A DNA stretch of 57,974 bases, the filler included, from Catajapyx aquilonaris (taxonomy: Eukaryota): NCBI GenBank assembly GCA_000934665.2. It is 2 parts of 2 records of this genome, joined end to end, with 100 filler letters (N's around TTAATTAATTAA, not from the genome) between each part and the next. Parts side by side here need not be neighbours in the genome. Positions count along the whole stretch, not along the records: positions 1 to 29,032 come from JYFJ02004834.1; 1 more part is not named here. One strand, 5' to 3'. The notes beneath the pieces were generated by a model that was not told the DNA's origin, did not search any database, and was given only the letters and a program-made list of their open reading frames with translations. The position numbers and the translations under genes are program-made. Below, piece after piece: positions 11,177 through 21,736 of the stretch; the stretch's first letter is position 1, and every line of letters begins with the position of its first letter.

Positions 11177-14100
11177 GTAATTCATACCCCGTTATCAGCC
11201 TATCGGCTCTTTAGGGGGGAAGTTTTGTTTTGCCTGGAACTCTTTGCTTTCATTTTACTGCGCTTTTTGGGATAGGATAGGGACGGAAGGAAGCAGCTGT
11301 GGCCTATTAATTACGGAAGCAACTCCGGAATTTTCCTGGAAGGACCGTGGGAAACCACAGAAAACCACGGTCAGAGTTGCCGGCCCCGGGATTCGAACCC
11401 AGGACCTCCCGATTAGCAGTCGGACGCCTTATCCACTATGCCAACCTGCTTCGGCCAACTCAGGCACTAAGATTGGCACTTTAAATTTCTAAAAGTAGCC
11501 CAGTTTTGTCTGCTTTTAAAACAGCTGAATGAGCAGAATTTTTGCAAGCAGTGTTTTTCTTCTGGAAAATGGCTATACTATGCTGTAATAGACTTACTCA
11601 TAAGTGATTCAGTGCTTTCCTGCTTTGAGGCAGATGCCAGGCAAGAACTCTTTAAATCTATTTCAGTTGTAAGACAAATGAGGGGTGTGGTGGAAGAAGG
11701 TGGTACAGTAACCCTCATTTTTGACCTAAACACCTAGCAACTATGCAGAAGACATGACAAGCAGTTTGGTATACTCAAAGTTCATGTATCATACACGAGA
11801 CGGCCACACAGACTAGATGAAAACCAGCATTCCCTATGATTTGTGAAGAGAGTGCAAACTAAAATTTGCTATTCTGAAAAGTTACACTTTTGTGGGCTAT
11901 CGCCTTTTTCCATCACACCCCTCAAATTATTATCAATTCATTTCAGACAAGGCAACTAACCCACAAAATCAAAGTGATGATGTGGCTGCCATTGAGCAGT
12001 TTTGCAGACAAGTGAACAGAGTAGCAGATGGCCCTCAAATTGCTGCACGACTCATTGCACACAAAGTGCAATCACCACAGGAGAGGGAATCACTGCAAGT
12101 GCTCTCAGTAGGTATCATGCCAAACATGTAAATAAGTAGCATATTTGTACAAACAAATATAATATTTTTGTCATTGTTTCTCAATTAGGTGCTGGATACT
12201 TGCATGAAGACCTGTGGCCCTAGCTTCCATGCCGAGATTGGGAAGTTTAGATTCCTCAATGAGTTAATCAAAGTTGTTTCCCCCAAGTATCTAGGGAGAA
12301 GAAGTTCACCTAAAGTTAAAGCAAGAGTTGTGGAATTGATGTATTCATGGACAATTGATGTGAGGAATGAAAGCAAGATTAAAGAAGCATATGAAATGCT
12401 AAAGAAACAAGGAGTTGTGAAGGTATGCTGCACTTTTTGACTTTACAAGGGGTAATTTTCTTGAAGTCTCTACATTTTGAGAGTATCTGGAACCCTCTAG
12501 CTGGTTTCACATTGAGAAATGTTTGGTGTTATTACACATGATAATTATCCTTGTAGGGGTTAAGGCCGAAATTGTACAGAATGACATTCTAATGCCCAGC
12601 TAGGGCAATTGGTGATGGATGGCCTTGTCTCAAGGAGCACCCAGTCAGTTACATAGAGGGAGCTTAAACTTAGTCATTTCGGTGCATGATTTTTCTTTTA
12701 CCTAAGCTGCTTATTTTTATGGCAAGCATCATTGCATACCCTGACATAAAGTGTTTTCCCAAACTTGAATCTGAGGTCAATGGCTTCAGGTTAGGCCTCC
12801 CTTTATTGGTTACTAATATGAACAGCTAATATTTTGGATAACCCCCTTGAAAGGAACTAGCCTCCTTAACTATAACAGTGTAAGTGGATTAGTGCAGAAG
12901 TATCATTAACTGAAACTGGCACTTAACATGAGTTTGAATCACTTTGCATATGATTAGTGGTTTTTTGCCAACAAGGGAATGTTGCCACTACTTTTTTCTA
13001 GCCTTCATCAAACATTCCATTTGGTTTTGCAAAGTGTAAAAATAATGTACATCCATTAGGATAATATTATTGTGCTTTATGTTCCAGGATGATCCACAGT
13101 ACATTGGAGAAGGGAAACCTGCTACACCACCCCAGAGACCTAAGAATCCAATATTTGAAGATGAAGAAAGGAGTAGGCAGTTGCAAAAGCTATTGCAAAG
13201 CAGAAATCCTGAGGATTTGCAGGCTGCAAATAGGCTCATTAAGAGCATGGTGAAAGAAGTATGAGCCTGACAGCTCATTTGTTTTGTGGTGCATTCAATG
13301 TGTACCTGCATCCACAGGATGAAAGGCGAATGGAGAAAATTAGTCGTCGTGTGACTGAACTGGAGACTGTTCACAATAATGTGAAGGTCTTGAATGAGAT
13401 GATGGATAACTATCAGTCTGAGAATGCATCTGCTGATGAACAGGAAGTTATGAAGGAGCTGTATCAGAGCTGCCAAAAGTTGCGTCCAAATCTATTTAGA
13501 TTAGCTGCTGATACCGATGAGAAAGATGATGCCTTAGGTATTGTTCAGTTGATTTTAGCAATATAGAATGTGGTTTTCTTAAGGTGTGTATGTTTTCAGG
13601 TGATATATTCAAAGCAAGTGATGAGGTAGGAAAAGCTATTGAAAGGTATGAGTCACTGACATCCAAATCATCTTCAATTGCAAATAAGAAGGAAGCAGAA
13701 AAGTCAAATTCTGCCTTACTGGATCTAGATAGTGAGAAACCAAATGCAGCAGGACTTTTGCAAGATGAATTATCTGCTTTAGGTGAGTGATCATTGCAGT
13801 CTTTCAACCGAGCTTTCAACTGTATTGTTCTTTGCGTATCTTGGAGTATTACGAGGAGTGCAAGCCACCTAAAAAAATTGCATAGATGTCGCAGTGACGT
13901 CATCATCTTGTGCATAGTATGTGAGACTTGGTCAAGACCTCATGGGGCATCGTGTACTGATGACGCGGCACTGATGGGTCACTTATGACTGATGGACTTG
14001 GGGGCCGTCCATAAATTACGTGGACACTTTTGCCACCATTTTCTACCCCCCCTCCCCCCCAAATGGACACTTGTATACAATCCATGTACCCCTCCCCCTT

Positions 14101-17100
14101 TATTTACATGTACAGTCGACCTGGCACCCCCCTCTTTGGCCTTGTCACAGGCAATGAATCATATAATTATTTTTTTTAATTAATTTTTTTAAAAAAAGAG
14201 CTGTATACGTATACTATTGNTTCCTGTCCATGTAATTTATGGACGACCCCTTGTTGCAGTTTGTTTGTATTTTGTAAAATTGAATAAACTAGGAAGGAGG
14301 TGCTGCAGAGCCGCATTGGCTGGGTCAGGCAGAGTTCCTAACAGTATATGAGGCGGTTGATGCCCTCTCTCGATATGCAACGTAGGTTGGTATGTCTCAC
14401 AATGTTCAGCCCCCTCTTGTGCATGAATCAAGAGTGAAACCAATGGTGCCAGATTCAGTGATTTTTACCTAGGGCGCTCTTTTTAAACCCCCACCCAAAG
14501 AGTGCATTATCGAGAGGGAGACAGAAGGTTAATGTCAATGTTAGGGGGAAATTGTAACATTAAGAATTACTCATTCTATCATTGCCGTAAAAAAAATACA
14601 ATTGACTCCTGATATAACAGCCTCAGCTATAAGAGAGACTCAGTTATAGTAAACTGGACAGGCTGGTCCCGCCATACTTCTGTATAGCAGATGCCTTTTT
14701 CACTTCAGCTATAGCAGAATTATTTCTGGTCCCCTTGGTGGGAAAATATGCTGCTTTTGATTACCCAGCATCACCTTCCCATGCATGGGAAGGCACTGTA
14801 TACTGGAGCGAGGGTGATTTTCCCATGTGTCACTTATCTGAGCTTCCTAGTTACAAGGTTTGCATCTCAAGGTTGAGGCACACGTGCTCTGTTCAATGTT
14901 TCCGGGAGTCTTAATGAACTGCCTGCCTTGTGCTGGGTCACGGAGCTGACTTTAGTTCCCCGCCATGAATCAGCATACTATACCTGAGTGGGGCAGTTGC
15001 CAGTGAGACAGAGAGCCAAGATGTCGTGCAGAAAGTTTAAGAGGCACTCCTTTACACTTGCCAAGAAGGTCAAAATCATTCTTTTTCTGGTTTATGTGGC
15101 AACAAGGAGAAGGCCAGAAGAAAATTACAGATTTTTGTGGCCCTAAGTAATTTATTGGTCAGCTAATTTTGCATTTTTGTGGATAGTTTCATTAATTGGT
15201 ATGCAGTAGTGTGCATTACAAGCATATGGCACCGAAGCAGTTTGGTGGAGTGGATGCAGTGTTCGACTGCTAATTGGGAGGTCCTGGGTTCGAGTCCCGG
15301 GGCCAGCAATCCTAACCGTGGTTTTCTGTGGTTTCCCACGGTCCCCCCAGGAGAATTCCGGGGTTGCTTCCTAAATAATTGGCCACAGCCGCTTCCTTCC
15401 GTCCCTATCCTATCCCAAAAAGCAAAGTAAAAATGAAAGCCAAGAGTTCCAGTCAAAACAAAATTGGGATGAACTCCCCCCCGAAAGAGTCGGCTGATAA
15501 CGGGGTATGAATTATTGATAATTATTATTACAAGCATATGGCAGGCGGAAAAGTTGTGATTTGGCTATAACAGACCTAAGTTTTGTTGATTTCCTGCTGT
15601 TCCTTGAAGTCTGTTATATCTGGAGTCTACTGTACAATCTTTCAAATTGCCTTAATGTCTTCTGTAACCATTTGATGTGTGAAATTTTTTCCAAATCCCC
15701 AGATTTTCAAGGGGGGATCAAAGAAAAAAAATTACTTAAAAAATAATAATAAATAATAATAATAATAATGATACCCCGTGATAGGGCGGAGCCCTCTTAG
15801 GGGGGAAGGGGAGGTTCCCAAGGGAGGGCACTGTAATTTTTAGTCATTTTTGACTATGATAAATACACCAGACCTTTTCTCCTGGCCTTGGGCAGAGTAG
15901 CGAGTGCAATTCTGCCCTGGTATGTCAGGTGAAAAGCGGAAAAATACCCGGCCAGCAGAGGTGACGGGGACGGGATTTGAACCCCGGCCTCCCGCTTGGC
16001 TGGCCAGTGGCGTAACCACTAGACCACCGTGCCTCCCCTACTTTCCCTTTTAAATCTAATATTATTGAGAATAACCTCACAAAAAATTAGTGCTTCATGA
16101 GCTGATACTGATCCTACAACAGATCCTTTCTAGTGTGTTCATAGGTCTGAGAGTGATTCTTGGTATAGGCATTGGCAGCTTAAATTGATACTATTCCCAT
16201 TATCGCAAAAGTTAATGGAATTTATACCTGAGACCAAGCCTCCTCTGTTACGAACCAATCTGAATTAGTGCCACATGATGGGGAAGTGGAGAATTAAAAT
16301 TGATAATTTATCTAAAGAAATGGTTGTAACCATATCAGTTGCAGAGTACAGTAATGACTTATGAATTCGTATGGAATAGCTGCAGGAATACACATTTGGC
16401 CATGTATTTTTTCTCAAAGATTGTATTTAGACTTATGTTACTTGATTGTGTATTGTTGGGACAGGATAATACAGCCCTAGTGAATGATTTCAGGTTTGAG
16501 CGACATGCCTAGCCAAAGCTCATCTGTATCCAGGAAGGCAAGCAAGTGGTCTGATCTTGATGACCTGGGTGAGATCTTTGAGACTGCAACTGTGCCATCC
16601 ACTACTTTACAGTCAGCTCATCCAGTTACTGGGAGTCCCTTGCTTCCCAGGCCAGCCAAGCCACTTTCTGGTGGGTAAGAACTAATGATAAGGCGGTGCA
16701 GTACCAAAAATATGGTAACAATGCGGAGCCCTTGGTGATGACCCAAACAAACCTGCTTATGCATAGGCAACATATGGGGATTCGAAAAGTCTACATTTTT
16801 GCGCCCATATGGCCTCAAAAATGGTTCAAATGTCACAGAAATTAAACCAAAAAATAGTACATGATCTGGCGCAGGGCACCTAGTTAGTCTTTTTACAAAT
16901 TTCGGACTAGAAATGACCTTGTGGTGAGTTGAAGCGAGAGGAAAACAACGTTTCCGAAAAGTCCACTTGAATAACATGGTGAAGAAATCGACAAAATCTC
17001 ACACGCTTCTGCGCCTGTATGTCCACAATATTAATGCAGGCGTGTCGAGTATGGTACCATTGTCAAGCCCTAACCTTTGCGCAGGGCACCTAGTTCATGT

Positions 17101-20100
17101 TTTCCCAGATTAACAAGGAGTTTCATGACAAAAAAATAAAGTTCCCTACGAAATGCGCCTACTGTATTTTTGCTACTGCGCCGCCTTAACCCTTTGTCTC
17201 CCATGCCCAATTTGGTTGTATTATAATCAAAAGATTTGTTTGAAATTCACTGGTATAACCATAGCCTTAAGAAATGTTTATAGTTTCTATGTTCATTAGT
17301 ATTTACGCCACTCACGTGATATTTTTAATGGCACGACATCATAAGCCAAAGGTTTCATTCATTTAAAACAACCCGAAACAAACGCTTAATGCGCGAATTT
17401 AAATACACGTAGCTCCCTGCCGCATATTTCCCGGTATGTGGACGTGCAGCTGAAAACCATTTAAAAAATCCTGAAATTCTGCGACTTACTTTTCCCCAGG
17501 GGAAAAATCAGAACGATCTATGAAGGGTAGGCAATCTCCCCCAGTGCCATTTTGGTCATAAAGAGAGTCCTCGCTCCTAATTGGCAGGGCGGACTGCTCC
17601 GAGCTCTGGGCGTTGCCCGCTCGCCACCTGAGCCACCTTTTTTTGCACCTGGCGGATCACATTACTTCCTTTTAAACCAGACCTTTCAAATTTTACTTAA
17701 TGTTTTCATAATTCATCAGAGAGACTGGGCGACCATACAGAATTATCTTGGATTTTTAAGGGGGGTGGAAGCCGCCTAAAAAAAACTGCGTAGATGACGC
17801 AATAGGATGACGTCACCGTCTTGTGCATAGTTTATGAGACGGTTGCTGCCCTCTCTCAATATGCAGTGTAGGTTGGTATGTCTCGCAATGTTCAGCCCCC
17901 TCTTGTGCATGAATCGAGAGGGAAACCAATGGTGCCAGATCCAGTGATTTTCACTTAGGGCACTCTTTTAAGACCCCCACCCGAACAGTGCAAAATCGAT
18001 CGGGAGACCAAGGGTAATGGAAAATTCACCTCAGTGGTTCCCACATTTTTTAGCTCACAACCCTAATTATGATCTTGTTGCAATCAGGCAACCTACGAAT
18101 AGGGATGTTATGTTTCCTCTTTCATTTCAATTTGGGGAAGGGGAAGAATATTTGCAAAAAAAAAACAAAAAACTGCTGGCATTTTGCTAGGGATGTGTAA
18201 GCAATGAAAATGTCTATATGATAATAAACATGTTGACATGTGTCAAGCTGCTGTAAAAAAGTGCAGCTAGAAGCAGAAGGCATACACAATTATTATACGT
18301 AATTTATACATAATTTTTTCAGCTGTTTGCACTGTAGTTAAAAAATTAGCCAATTGTGATTTTCCCCCTAATGATATTAAGTGGAAAAGTCACCAGTTAC
18401 ATCCATGTTTGCAGGAGAAAACTCTGTTGTTTGATGCAATGTATTCACTGCTAGTAACACGGGGTCGAATTTTTGTCCCATTTCTAACACTGGTACTGCT
18501 AAGTTAGCAGTAACTAGCAGTGGGACGACCCATTGTCTTCCATCATATTGGACCTACCTGGGGAGGTGTGGTGGCCGAGATGGTAATGTCTCGGCTTGCT
18601 GAGTGAAAGGTCCCAGGTTCGATCCCCGCCTGGGAGTTCCCTTTCGCCTGCGTAGGGAGGGTCTCTGACCCGCACCTTGGAGGTGTCTGGCAACCTAACC
18701 TCCTGGGGGACTGCACATGGCCCAAACTTGAGACATTGCACCTGCACCCGTGTCCCCCTCCCCGAAAATCCCTATCCTTACCCAATTTCCTTGATTCCCT
18801 GCACCAGAGTGAAGTTAACTTAGAAAATTGAGGAAAAATGGTGGTGTACCACCCCCCTACAGAACCTGTAAGTGTCATCACGGGGTACAATAAATAAATA
18901 AATAAATAAATTGAATAAATAAAAATATTGGACCTACCAATTTCACCTTGAGGGAACATACAAGTAATTATTATATCAGAGCAGGTGCAGTGAGAGTGGC
19001 TCGAGTGGGTAGTGATAATGCTTGCTACCCCTCAAGACATGAATAAACAGTTGTGGTGTAATGCAGCACAATTTTATCAGAGCCCATTAATTGGGTGTCA
19101 AGCAGTAGGATCACTACAAAGACTGCTTGAATGATATAAATGCAGCTTCTCCAGATGTATGCATACTTACATAATAATACCTAGAGGTATGCCATGGTCA
19201 GGTATGCACGTATGCTGTCATAAGTGCAATGGACCAAAATAGGTTGAATCATCACACCACTGTTTCGTGTATCTATTGTGCTACACCAATTTTTTTGTGT
19301 CTAAAAGAAGGAGTGGTTATTCCTATACCAGTCAAGTTGCTATTTCAAGGAAGGTCAAGGAAGGAAGACAACCCAACTGCTATACAGGGTATGAAATTGA
19401 GCACTTACCTGTGCTGATTGATATACAGGAAGGCCCGGTTTACGAACGACCCAACTTACTGCAATCCGTACTTACGAACGGGCTTCCAAGGCTCCCCAGA
19501 ATGATAATTTATAATTATTATCATTTGCAATCACTTTTGCATAAGTAGACAGACACCAAGTTCAACATAAATACTGTGTAATAAATACATGATTGTGGAA
19601 CTGAGTTTTTCCAGGCATAAAAACAAGCACACCCGACGCGACGTAAGCGGTTTGTTGGAGTGGCCTCTTTACGCTGTATACTGTATATGCGCTGTTCGTC
19701 AGGGATTTGAGTTATGTACAAATTCTACTTATGGACATTTTTTGGAATGTAACCCCGTTCGTAGACCAGGGACTTGACTGTATAACACTTTAAAAGTTCC
19801 TGTGATTTTCCCTTTACCTCAAGAATGTCTAAGGCCCTCTCATTTTGGTTATGACCCAAAGTCATAGGACCACTACTTAAATGATGCAGTTGTATTAATG
19901 ATTTGTTCCATTTGTTTAGTTCATGGAGAGGAGGAGGAAGATGGGAAGGTGAGCCGGCTTACAGGAATGGAAGAGTTAGATGCCCTTGGGGAAAGTCTAC
20001 TTCGGGAAAGTCTTCCGTCTACTTTTAGACCTGGAGCTCAGTTTCCAAAGTAAGAGTTCTCTCATTATAAGAAATTAGCCTAAAGCAGCATGTGCTTTTT

Positions 20101-21736
20101 TATTGACCATGATCTCGGTAACTAGGCTACTGAGACCCATGATACCTATACTTAATTGATCACCTAGAACCTCTCCTCCATTCCCTAAAGTTATGATACC
20201 ATACATTAAATTTCCACATGCTGTAGGGAAAGGATTGGTGATATGTACGTAATAACAGCTAACATGGCAAGTCGTCTCACAACCAAAGTAACTCTTCTTA
20301 CCCTCCTGATTTTGAAAATTTTTGTATTTTATAATTCTGCTTGGCCTATAGTGTTGAGAAAACATCACCTCAGCTGCTAATTTCCACATTAGCAGGGTGA
20401 AAATACAGCCAAAATGTGATGTTCCGAAGCCACAACACCTGCATCTGGTCGCGAGTCGCTGGTCCCGGCTGCCCGGTCGCAGTCGCCTTTCACTGCGTCT
20501 GTATCGCTCTACGGCTCTCTGCGACTCGCAACCAGATGCCTGTGTTGTGACTTAGGAATATCGCCTTTTGGCTGTATTTTCACCCTGCTAACATGGAAAT
20601 TAGCAGCGGAGGTGATGTTTTCTCAACACTATAGGCCAAGCAGAATTAGAAAATCCAAAAATTTTCAAAATTCAGGAGGGTAAGAAGAGTTACTTTGGTT
20701 GTGATTCTGAGAAGTTCATGTATCAAATGTTCATGCTGATGTCAAAGAGTATCACACCAATAAGTCATTGTGTTTCAGGGCACCAGAAAAGATTCCCTTA
20801 AATCAGCTTCCCAAACAAGGAGCTGCAGCTGGGAAGGGAGCCATGAATTCAGAAGATTTGTTGTCACAGGATGCCTCGAAGGAACCCAGGGGTGTCCATC
20901 GTCAGGGAAAGAAAGCTGAACTTGATCTTCTCACTGACGATGTTCTTTTGGACCTGAGTATGTCACCCAAGTTGAATCCAAAGAATGCGAAGAACAGCCC
21001 TGCCACAAACCAAGTTTCTCAGGCAGCAGAGCCACGCAAATGTAGTGACAGTGGGCAAGAGCCATTACACACTGATAAAGGAGATGGTGATTCCACTGCA
21101 CCTAATAAGACATCTCTTGCATCTGTGTTTGTTCCATTAGAAAGTGTTCAACCAGGTAAGTGTTGACGTGTGTTTAAGCTAATTGCAGTGACTTATGCCT
21201 TCTTAATTTGTAGGAAGTATCCCACCACTTACAGTCATACAGGAGAGGAATGGCGTCAGCATCACTCTCCACTTTGCTAAAAATTCTCCAAGGGAAGACG
21301 TTTCTGTCATTGTGGTGTCAACAATCAGTAACAACTCTTCACCAATTACAGATTATTTATTCCAGGCTGTTGTACCAAAGGTGAGAACTAACTTCCTAGA
21401 TTCATGGGTACTGGGTAACATTTTGGAACTACTGCCTTTTGATATTTTGATGCTATTTTAGACTTGCAAGGTGAAGCTTCAACCACCATCTGGGAATGAC
21501 TTACCGGCTCACAATCCTTTCCTTCCACCTCCAGCCATCACTCAGTTGATGCTTCTGTCTAATCCATCAAAGGTAGGATATTGTTTGAAGACATGACACA
21601 GTTATTGAATTCATGTATTATCTAAACTATGGTAATTTTCTAGGGTTCCATTTCATTGAAGCTGATGATCAGCTACATGGTGGATGGTGAGCTTGTAACT
21701 GAAATGGGTGAAGTGGAGAAGTTACCTGTGTCGTGA
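9952..21736 (+). CDS. Gga: ADP-ribosylation factor-binding protein GGA (VHS-GAT-hinge-GAE clathrin adaptor), 12 exons, ~685 aa
   Basis: Exons 9952-9985, 11947-12107, 12189-12422, 13088-13258, 13318-13537, 13600-13782, 16494-16670, 19920-20049, 20779-21155, 21214-21380, 21462-21572, 21644-21736. All GT-AG, phases consistent, 2058 nt total. VHS (KATNP, GPQIAARLIAHKVQSPQERE, EIGKFRFLNELIKVVSPKY), GAT (PEDLQAANRLIKSMVKED), hinge (EELDALGESLL), GAE ear (FQAVVPK, KLQPPSGNDLPAHNPFLPP). Confidence 0.95.
11121..11176. repeat. (AAT)n microsatellite, ~18 units
   Basis: Read directly; it forms the 3' tail of the SINE. Confidence 0.95.
11122..11455 (-). mobile_element. tRNA-derived SINE family 1 with expanded (AAT)n tail, Gga intron 1
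   Basis: TSD CAACTCAGGCA (11111-11121 / 11456-11466). B-box GGTTCGAATCC on the minus strand. Homologous to 15232-15526. Confidence 0.85.
13840..14528. mobile_element. Partial piggyBac-like element (third copy) with nested insertion
   Basis: 13840-13930 and 14345-14528 align to 17745-18014; ends GGGAGACAGAAGG|TTAA. Confidence 0.65.
14001..14250. mobile_element. PIF/Harbinger-like MITE
   Basis: TIRs GGGGCCGTCCATAAATTAC / GTAATTTATGGACGACCCC; 3-bp TSD TTG. Confidence 0.75.
14599..15632 (+). mobile_element. pogo/Tigger-like deletion derivative containing a nested SINE
   Basis: TA TSD; TIRs CAATTGACTCCTGATATAAC / GTTATATCTGGAGTCTACTG. Remnant N-terminus MSCRKFKRHSFTLAKKVKIIL (15021-15083) resembles the CENP-B/psq HTH start. 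Same family as 24411-24855. Confidence 0.75.
15232..15526 (+). mobile_element. tRNA(Ser-GCT-like)-derived SINE family 1
   Basis: 17-bp TSD ATTACAAGCATATGGCA (15215-15231 / 15527-15543). A-box TGGTGGAGTGG, CTGCTAA loop, B-box GGTTCGAGTCC, body GGTTTTCTGTGGTTTCCC, (TTA)n tail. Confidence 0.9.
15742..16038 (-). mobile_element. tRNA-derived SINE family 2
   Basis: Minus strand: GGGGAGGCACGGTGGTCTAGTGG..GGTTCAAATCC head; 3' end CTATCACGGGGTATC followed by (TTA)n. Confidence 0.8.
16692..17185. mobile_element. TTAA-targeting TIR element (Kolobok-like) abutting the piggyBac-like element
   Basis: TIRs GGCGGTGCAGTACCAAAAATATGGT / ACTGTATTTTTGCTACTGCGCCGCC, flanked by ATAA / TTAA. Internal 17-bp direct repeat GCGCAGGGCACCTAGTT (16869, 17079). 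Superfamily assignment is an inference. Confidence 0.6.
17190..18014. mobile_element. piggyBac-like MITE, most complete copy
   Basis: TTAA|CCCTTTGTCTCCC ... GGGAGACCAAGGG|TAA; homologous to 1-1410 and 13840-14528. Confidence 0.8.
18559..18924 (+). mobile_element. tRNA-derived SINE family 3
   Basis: 14-bp TSD ATATTGGACCTACC (18545-18558 / 18925-18938). A-box TGGCCGAGATGG, B-box GGTTCGATCC, (AAAT)n tail. Confidence 0.88.
19426..19780. mobile_element. Tigger/pogo-like MITE
   Basis: TA flanks; imperfect TIRs CAGGAAGGCCCGGTTTACGAACG / CGTTCGTAGACCAGGGACTTGACTG. Confidence 0.55.
20278..20703. mobile_element. Foldback MITE with ~180-bp arms and CAC...GTG termini, Gga intron 8
   Basis: CACAACCAAAGTAACTCTTCTTACCCTCCTGA ... 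TCAGGAGGGTAAGAAGAGTTACTTTGGTTGTG; arms pair inward to GCGAGTCGC/GCGACTCGC. Confidence 0.85.

Noticed and set aside
15232..15305. tRNA-like sequences here and at ~11385-11455, ~15965-16038 and ~18560-18635 as tRNA genes
   Set aside because: Acceptor stems do not pair well; each is followed by a SINE body and simple-repeat tail, and three have clear TSDs.
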